A DNA stretch of 53,078 nucleotides, from positions 1 to 53,078 of the forward strand of contig JAXMOL010000052.1 of NCBI GenBank assembly GCA_034669905.1. The letters are read 5' to 3'. Shown here piece after piece: positions 50,095-53,078 of this stretch. The translations under genes and the position numbers were made by a program. This DNA is from Candidatus Hydrogenedentota bacterium (GTDB taxonomy: Bacteria > Hydrogenedentota > Hydrogenedentia > Hydrogenedentales > JAEUWI01). The notes under the pieces are model-generated. The model made no database searches and was not told where the DNA came from. It saw nothing but the letters and a program-made list of their open reading frames with translations. How positions within the stretch are numbered: position 1 is the stretch's first letter; each line of letters starts with the position of its first letter.

Positions 50095-50140
50095 AAACCC
50101 CAACACCTAAACACGGCGGCCTGCCCAGAGGAGAAATCCC

Positions 50141-50611
50141 ATGTCATCACCCAATAATTTCGACTGGGGTGCCTTGTTGGGCAAGGTCTTTGGCAACAAC
50201 AAGACGGACGAGGAAATACTCGCCCAGTTGCACGAGGCCGACCCGGATATCGAGCAGGTGGTAGAGGCGGCCATGGCGGTCTACAATGAGTTGGGGCATG
50301 GCTACGTGGTGGGCATCTACCGCGATGCCCTCGCCATTGAGTGTGAAGAGCGCGCTATCCCCTATCAGCGGGACGTGCCCATAACGGTCCGCTATCGGGA
50401 GCATCCCATCGACTCAGGGCACACGGCCGACTTTGTGTGCCATGAAGACATACTCATCGTAACCAAGGTCGTCGAGGCCTTGGATAAACCCGATGATATG
50501 GAACTCATCAGTCATCTCAAGGCCACGGGCTATCGCCGGGGGCTTATGCTCAACTTTGGATTGAAGCGCCTGGAGTTCAGGCGCATCGTGGGGCCCGCTT
50601 CAGTCCGCTGA
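50141..50611 (+). CDS. GxxExxY family protein, degenerate motif
   Basis: AAMAVYNELGHGY...Y..AL.IE, ADF, HLKATG...GL.LNFG; GAGGAG RBS. Confidence 0.85.
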   Translation: MSSPNNFDWGALLGKVFGNNKTDEEILAQLHEADPDIEQVVEAAMAVYNELGHGYVVGIYRDALAIECEERAIPYQRDVPITVRYREHPIDSGHTADFVCHEDILIVTKVVEALDKPDDMELISHLKATGYRRGLMLNFGLKRLEFRRIVGPASVR

Positions 50612-50633
50612 ACGCGACGTCCAGGAGAAACCC

Positions 50634-51890
50634 GTGCCCTTTGAACTTTTTGTGGCCCTGCGCTATCTGCGGGGCAAGCGGAAAAACCGCTTCGTATCGC
50701 TCATTACGATTATCTCGCTGGCGGGGGTCTGCGTAGGGGTGATGGCCCTCATTGTGGTCATGAGCGTCATGACCGGCTTTGACGAGGCCCTGCGTGACAC
50801 CATCATCGGAAACCGCTCCCACCTGGCCGTCCACCTCCCCGGCCTGCGCCCCATCAACAACCACGAAGAAGCGATGGAGCAGATAACGGCACTCAGTCCC
50901 AAGATTGTGGCAGTCGCGCCCGTCACCCAAACCGAGGCCCTGCTCCAGGTCGGTCCACGAACCACCGGCGGCATCGTCCTGGGAATCGATCCCGAGTTGG
51001 AGGCGGAAGTCACCAACCTGGATGAAAACCTCACGAACCACGATGGCCGCACCTTCGGACAGGGCCATATGCCGGGGCGCAAAGAAATCGTATTGGGCTA
51101 TCGCCTGGCGGCGCGCCTGGGAGCCATGGTGGGCGATGACATCCTCGTCTATACCGCCAAGCCCAAGCGGAGTCCCTTCGGGCCCCGGGGTGGCTCCCAA
51201 CTGGCCCTCACGGTCTGCGGTATCTCCGAGGCGAAAATGTCCGACTGGGACATGATATACGCCTTCGTCAGCCTGGAAACGGCGGAACAGCTCACCGGGC
51301 GCACGGGCGTCGACAGCATCCACTGCCGGCTCACCGACCCGGATGACGCGGAGGAGGTGAAGATCGCGGTGGAAGAATCCGACCTGCCCTATTACGGGGA
51401 AACGTGGTACGACAACCAGCGCGACTTCTTCGGGGCCCTCGAGCAGGAGAAGGTGGCCATGTTCATCATCCTCGCCTTCATCATCCTGGTGGCCGCCTTT
51501 AACATCACCAGCACCCTCATCATGATCGTCCTCGAAAAGCGGCGGGACATCGGTATCCTGCGCACCCTGGGCGTGAGCGGCATGTCCATCATGGGCACCT
51601 TCGTCATCGAAGGCCTGCTCATTGGTTTGGGAGGCACCATCGCCGGGGTGATTCTCGGTATCGTTTTTGCCTACTACATCAACCCCATTGCCCAGGCCAT
51701 TGCGTGGGTTTTGGGTATCGACCTCTTCAACAGCACGATTTACTACTACGATCGCATTCCCAGTGTAATTCATTCCAACGATGTCTTCTGGATTACCGTG
51801 AGTGCTGTGGTCCTCAGTTTCCTTTCTACCCTGTACCCCGCCTGGAGCGCCTCGCGCCTTACCCCCGTGGATGCCCTTCGCCATGAGTAA
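50634..51890 (+). CDS. Lipoprotein-releasing ABC transporter permease (LolC/E family)
   Basis: ALRYLR, VMSVMTGF, VAAFNI.STL...V.EK..DIGILRTLG, YPAW.AS...P..ALRHE. Confidence 0.92.
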   Translation: MPFELFVALRYLRGKRKNRFVSLITIISLAGVCVGVMALIVVMSVMTGFDEALRDTIIGNRSHLAVHLPGLRPINNHEEAMEQITALSPKIVAVAPVTQTEALLQVGPRTTGGIVLGIDPELEAEVTNLDENLTNHDGRTFGQGHMPGRKEIVLGYRLAARLGAMVGDDILVYTAKPKRSPFGPRGGSQLALTVCGISEAKMSDWDMIYAFVSLETAEQLTGRTGVDSIHCRLTDPDDAEEVKIAVEESDLPYYGETWYDNQRDFFGALEQEKVAMFIILAFIILVAAFNITSTLIMIVLEKRRDIGILRTLGVSGMSIMGTFVIEGLLIGLGGTIAGVILGIVFAYYINPIAQAIAWVLGIDLFNSTIYYYDRIPSVIHSNDVFWITVSAVVLSFLSTLYPAWSASRLTPVDALRHE

Positions 51891-52563
51891 TGTACTGAGT
51901 TGCCAGAACGTCTGTAAGAATTACAACGACGGAAGCCGTGAGCTGAAGATTCTCACCGGGGTCAATCTCGAAGTGCACGAGGGCGAAATTCTCGCCATCA
52001 GCGGCCCCTCCGGCGTGGGGAAGAGTACCCTCCTCCACATCATGGGGACCCTCGATACACCGAGTGAAGGGGACGTCTCCTATCGGGGCAAGAACCTTAC
52101 AAGCCTCGATAAGAAAGAGATTAACCGTATTCGGAACGAAGAAATTGGCTTCGTGTTTCAGTTCTACCATCTCCTCCCCGAATTCACCGCCCTCGAAAAC
52201 GTCATGATGCCGGCCATCAGTAAGGGCATGTCCCGTGCCAAGGCCACACCCCGTGCCGAGGAACTGCTCCATACCGTGGGACTCGCCGAGCGCATGACCC
52301 ATAAGCCGGGACAGCTCAGTGGTGGCGAGCAGCAGCGGGTCGCCATTGCCCGTGCCCTCTACAATGAGCCGGGCGTCATTCTCAGTGATGAGCCCACGGG
52401 CAACCTGGACGAGAGCACCGGGGACAGCATCGTCGACCTCCTGTGGAAACTCAACGAAGAGCAGGGGATGACCCTGGTAATCGTAACCCACGACGACGCC
52501 CTTGCCGCCCGTGCGCACCGTTGGATCAATATTCACGAGGGCCAGGCCACGGTGAAGAAATAG
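51883..52563 (+). CDS. lolD: Lipoprotein-releasing ABC transporter ATP-binding protein
   Basis: GPSGVGKST, GFVFQFYHLLPEFTALENV, LSGGEQQR. Confidence 0.9.
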   Translation: MSNVLSCQNVCKNYNDGSRELKILTGVNLEVHEGEILAISGPSGVGKSTLLHIMGTLDTPSEGDVSYRGKNLTSLDKKEINRIRNEEIGFVFQFYHLLPEFTALENVMMPAISKGMSRAKATPRAEELLHTVGLAERMTHKPGQLSGGEQQRVAIARALYNEPGVILSDEPTGNLDESTGDSIVDLLWKLNEEQGMTLVIVTHDDALAARAHRWINIHEGQATVKK

Positions 52564-52615
52564 CGGGTACTTGAAAGAAGTACTGGGCGGATGTCGTTTG
52601 GGAAACGTGGCCCGT

Positions 52616-52858
52616 CGTGCCGCGCGTTTCTAAGAAGGAGAACCTGGTCGTGCCACCCGATCGCATCTGGACTCCCGACTCCAGAGAGAACGTTGATGGA
52701 CGACCCCACTGACGTTGTGGCCCAAAGAAGCCCCTGAAAGCGTTCGGGTGCCTTGAGCCTCATCAAATGGGTGCTTCTTAAATGACGATGCGGTGGCCTT
52801 GTAGGTAGTTTCTGTGCCACGCGATGCCGAGCTACGCGAGGTTTCGTGTGCATGGAGC
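52616..52858 (+). repeat. GTGCCACGCGAT-family REP (52814-52858) with two degenerate 5' ends (52616, 52649)
   Basis: gtgccacgcgatgccgagctacgcgaggtttcgtgtgcatggagc is near-identical to the copy at 23987. Confidence 0.8.
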
Positions 52859-52925
52859 CCAGTTGGTGGGGGCATAGTGGATAACTTGATTCGGGCGTCC
52901 TTCTATCTCCGAAACATTGGTCAAT

Positions 52926-53030
52926 GGCCGTCACCCGCTTCGCGGGTTCGTGGGTTTTCGATGACGTAACCTGGGGTTCGCTCGTTCCTCGCTTCACCCC
53001 AGGCTTTAGGCCGCGACCCGCTTCGCGGGT
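52926..53030. repeat. Second REP-like family: three-hairpin element
   Basis: acccgcttcgcgggt at 52933 and 53016 flanking the hairpin cctgggg..ccccagg (52970-53003). Confidence 0.7.
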
Positions 53031-53078
53031 AGACTGCAATGATCGGACGCATTGGTGCGGCGGTTTCCACCGCCTCCT

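Noticed and set aside
52533..53039. 168-aa minus-strand ORF
   Set aside because: It runs through two repeat families and has no protein-like features.

Overview
GC-rich bacterial chromosomal window. The DUF1549/DUF1553-DUF1501 pair, DUF1080 and ceramidase-LamG proteins suggest a PVC-like or Hydrogenedentota-like organism (inference). Left part: a REP-associated HUH tyrosine transposase (RAYT) beside a 186-bp tandem duplication that carries its candidate REP hairpin; this REP family recurs in at least 5 intergenic loci. Next come secreted proteins, a sugar ABC importer with fused ATPase-permease, MFS/HAD genes and an ABC efflux system. Right part: housekeeping genes (purN, tsaD, murI, amidase, gcvT-H-PA-PB-lipoate ligase, rpsB-tsf-pyrH-frr-uppS-cdsA-prfB-lysS, lolC/E-lolD). 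The most unusual signal is a recurring 'inverted short-tandem-repeat cassette'. A four-helix-bundle gene inside an operon is bracketed by inverted AGTKGAC heptamer arrays, a gene-less copy of the same cassette lies 2 kb away, and an analogous 9-mer cassette precedes a catalytically degenerate GxxExxY gene. Also notable: ~22-25-nt mini-insertions nested inside REPs, a prfB lacking the programmed frameshift, a lysS with a ~95-aa N-terminal extension, and a pseudoknotted rpsB leader. All calls come from motif reading by eye; no searches were run.
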